39,124 nucleotides of DNA. Origin: Candidatus Izemoplasmatales bacterium. Its GTDB lineage: Bacteria > Bacillota_I > Bacilli_A > Izemoplasmatales > Hujiaoplasmataceae. Shown one piece after another: positions 37,712 to 39,124 of this stretch. The notes under the pieces are model-generated. The model ran no database searches. It saw nothing but the letters and a program-made list of their open reading frames with translations, and was not told the DNA's origin. Both the position numbers and the translations under genes were made by a program. Each line of letters opens with the position of its first letter. The first letter of the stretch is position 1. The DNA lies in assembly GCA_050177605.1 (NCBI GenBank), contig JBFXGX010000017.1, forward strand, positions 1-39,124, written 5' to 3'.

Positions 37712-38326
37712 ATGACTTTATGGTGGGAAAGCTATACATCTTTCCAACAAGCAATGTTCATCATTGCTGCAACAGCAACATTGATTTTATTTGTTTTTCT
37801 TATTTTAATGATGTTTGGTGTCCATGGTGATGATTTTGATGGTACATTCGATGGTGGATTTGATCATGACTTCAATGACAGTCAAGGCGATCTATTTAAT
37901 GATGAACCATTATCAGCATTTGCAGGATTAAAACTATTCACGATGAGAGGAATATTGACCTTCTTTAGCGTGGGTGGTTGGGTTGTATTTTTATGTAATC
38001 AATCCTTAGGAATTTTTCTTTCCATCATCATCGGAGTTGTTTCTGGTTTGATTGCCGCATTCCTTTTAGCTTACACCTTTAGACAAGTGATGAAATTAGA
38101 AATGGAAGGAAATCTCAAATACGAGAATGCAATTGGTAAATTAGGTGAAGTGTACATACGTGTTCCGAAGAATCGTTCTGGAAAAGGAAAAATCAATATG
38201 TTACTTCAAGAACGCTTCGTCGAGATGGATGCGATTACGACTGAAGAAGAAGATTTGAAAACCGGCACTAGAATTATTGTCACGGGGGTTGAAAACGAAT
38301 CAACTGTGATTATCAAAAGAGCATAG
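37712..38326 (+). CDS. NfeD-like (YqiJ/YuaF-type) membrane protein
   Basis: TM segments with an acidic loop, then OB-fold IGKLGEVYIRVP...GKGKI...EMDAIT...LKTGTRIIV; ATG 37712 after GGAGG (ORF track starts at 37697). Confidence 0.85.
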   Translation: MTLWWESYTSFQQAMFIIAATATLILFVFLILMMFGVHGDDFDGTFDGGFDHDFNDSQGDLFNDEPLSAFAGLKLFTMRGILTFFSVGGWVVFLCNQSLGIFLSIIIGVVSGLIAAFLLAYTFRQVMKLEMEGNLKYENAIGKLGEVYIRVPKNRSGKGKINMLLQERFVEMDAITTEEEDLKTGTRIIVTGVENESTVIIKRA

Positions 38327-38328
38327 TT

Positions 38329-38928
38329 ATGAAATATATCTACATCCTAATTACGGATATGCATATTGATTTTTTGCGATTTTTTGTTGTAATTTTAGTG
38401 GTATTATTGACAGAATTGATTTTTATTTTTTCTAGAGTACGTAAATGTCCGTCGAATAAATTAATGGTTGTATATGGAAAAGTTGGGAAGAATCCAGATG
38501 GCAGTCCAAGAACTATGATTGCGATGCATGGTGGGGTTAAATTTATTGTTCCTTTTATTCAATCCTATCAATATATTGATTTGAACCCATATAACCTAGA
38601 CATCAATGATTTAAATTTAAAAACCAAAGATAATAACATCATTTCTTTCGAAAGCAAAATGGCTTTTGCGGTTTCTGTGATGCCTGGCATCAAAGAAAAT
38701 GCTGCAGAAAGATTACTAGGATTACCAAGAGAAGAAATCGAAGAACTGTCGAAAGATATACTCTTTGGGCAAGTGAGATTATACTTTTCTGAAGTAGAAA
38801 TTCAGGAACAAAGTATATTGAATCAAGATCTGATACTTGAGGGTTTAGTTAAAAATATTAATCAAGAATTATCTAAAATTGGCATTCAATTAATCAGTAT
38901 TAGAATTAATAATATAACGATTAAATAA
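38329..38928 (+). CDS. Short SPFH/flotillin-like protein lacking the C-terminal coiled coil
   Basis: TM + RKCPSNKLMVVYGK, GGVKFIVPFIQ, NAAERLLGL, FGQVRL, ELSKIGIQLISIRI, then stop. Confidence 0.8.
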   Translation: MKYIYILITDMHIDFLRFFVVILVVLLTELIFIFSRVRKCPSNKLMVVYGKVGKNPDGSPRTMIAMHGGVKFIVPFIQSYQYIDLNPYNLDINDLNLKTKDNNIISFESKMAFAVSVMPGIKENAAERLLGLPREEIEELSKDILFGQVRLYFSEVEIQEQSILNQDLILEGLVKNINQELSKIGIQLISIRINNITIK

Positions 38929-38953
38929 ATATTAAATATAAAGGAGAAAATGT

Positions 38954-39124
38954 ATGAATTTATTTGTATTTGCTGCAACAAGTGACTGGTTAGGATTAAT
39001 TATAACGTTAGTAATTATTTTCTTTACAGTCATTATGTTCATCGTATCTCGTATACGTAAATGTCCTTCAGACAAAATTTTAGTTATTTATGGTAAAGTT
39101 GGTAGTAACCAAGATGGTTCAAAG
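38954..39124 (+). CDS. Flotillin-family protein, N-terminus only (runs off the window; not in the ORF track)
   Basis: RBS AAGGAG; translates MNLFVFAATSDWLGLIITLVIIFFTVIMFIVSRIRKCPSDKILVIYGKVGSNQDGSK. Confidence 0.85.
   Translation, partial: MNLFVFAATSDWLGLIITLVIIFFTVIMFIVSRIRKCPSDKILVIYGKVGSNQDGSK

Noticed and set aside
1..39124. CRISPR array, tRNA/rRNA, prophage, integrase
   Set aside because: No regularly spaced repeats, cloverleaf-like GC-rich segments or phage genes seen by eye; intergenic regions are short and explained by promoters and terminators
1..39124. Mycoplasma-type genetic code (TGA=Trp)
   Set aside because: Conserved Trp residues use TGG and ORFs are full length under the standard code, with TGA acting as stop in overlaps

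Overview
Low-GC bacterial chromosomal window read with the standard genetic code (TGA is used as a stop, e.g. at 15617 and 25872). Gene content and style suggest a free-living Mollicutes-related Bacillus-lineage organism such as Acholeplasmatales or Izemoplasmatales; this is an inference and was not searched. 1-10 kb is accessory-looking: an IS3/IS150 remnant, a YtrA/GntR ABC operon, DUF1295, an AraC regulator with a free copy of its own C-terminal domain, an NrtR-SPFH-NAD-kinase-like operon, a VOC protein and a stand-alone RsmH-like gene. 10-24.7 kb holds membrane proteins and lipoproteins, an NRAMP-USP fusion, GNAT/Imm5-like, EamA, GyrI-like/ATL, an ACT-like protein, pirin, MATE and an M29 aminopeptidase. 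24.7-27.8 kb is a lipoprotein / ECF sigma / anti-sigma-like trio whose two exported proteins are paralogues with acidic His-containing tails. 28.1-37.6 kb is a complete acp-acc-fab-birA fatty-acid synthesis cluster with FabT-like boxes. The window ends with NfeD-like plus two tandem flotillin-like genes. No rRNA, tRNA or CRISPR array was seen. Best candidates for undescribed or uncharacterised systems are the ECF trio, the AraC/duplicated-domain pair and the NrtR-NrtX-NrtY operon.
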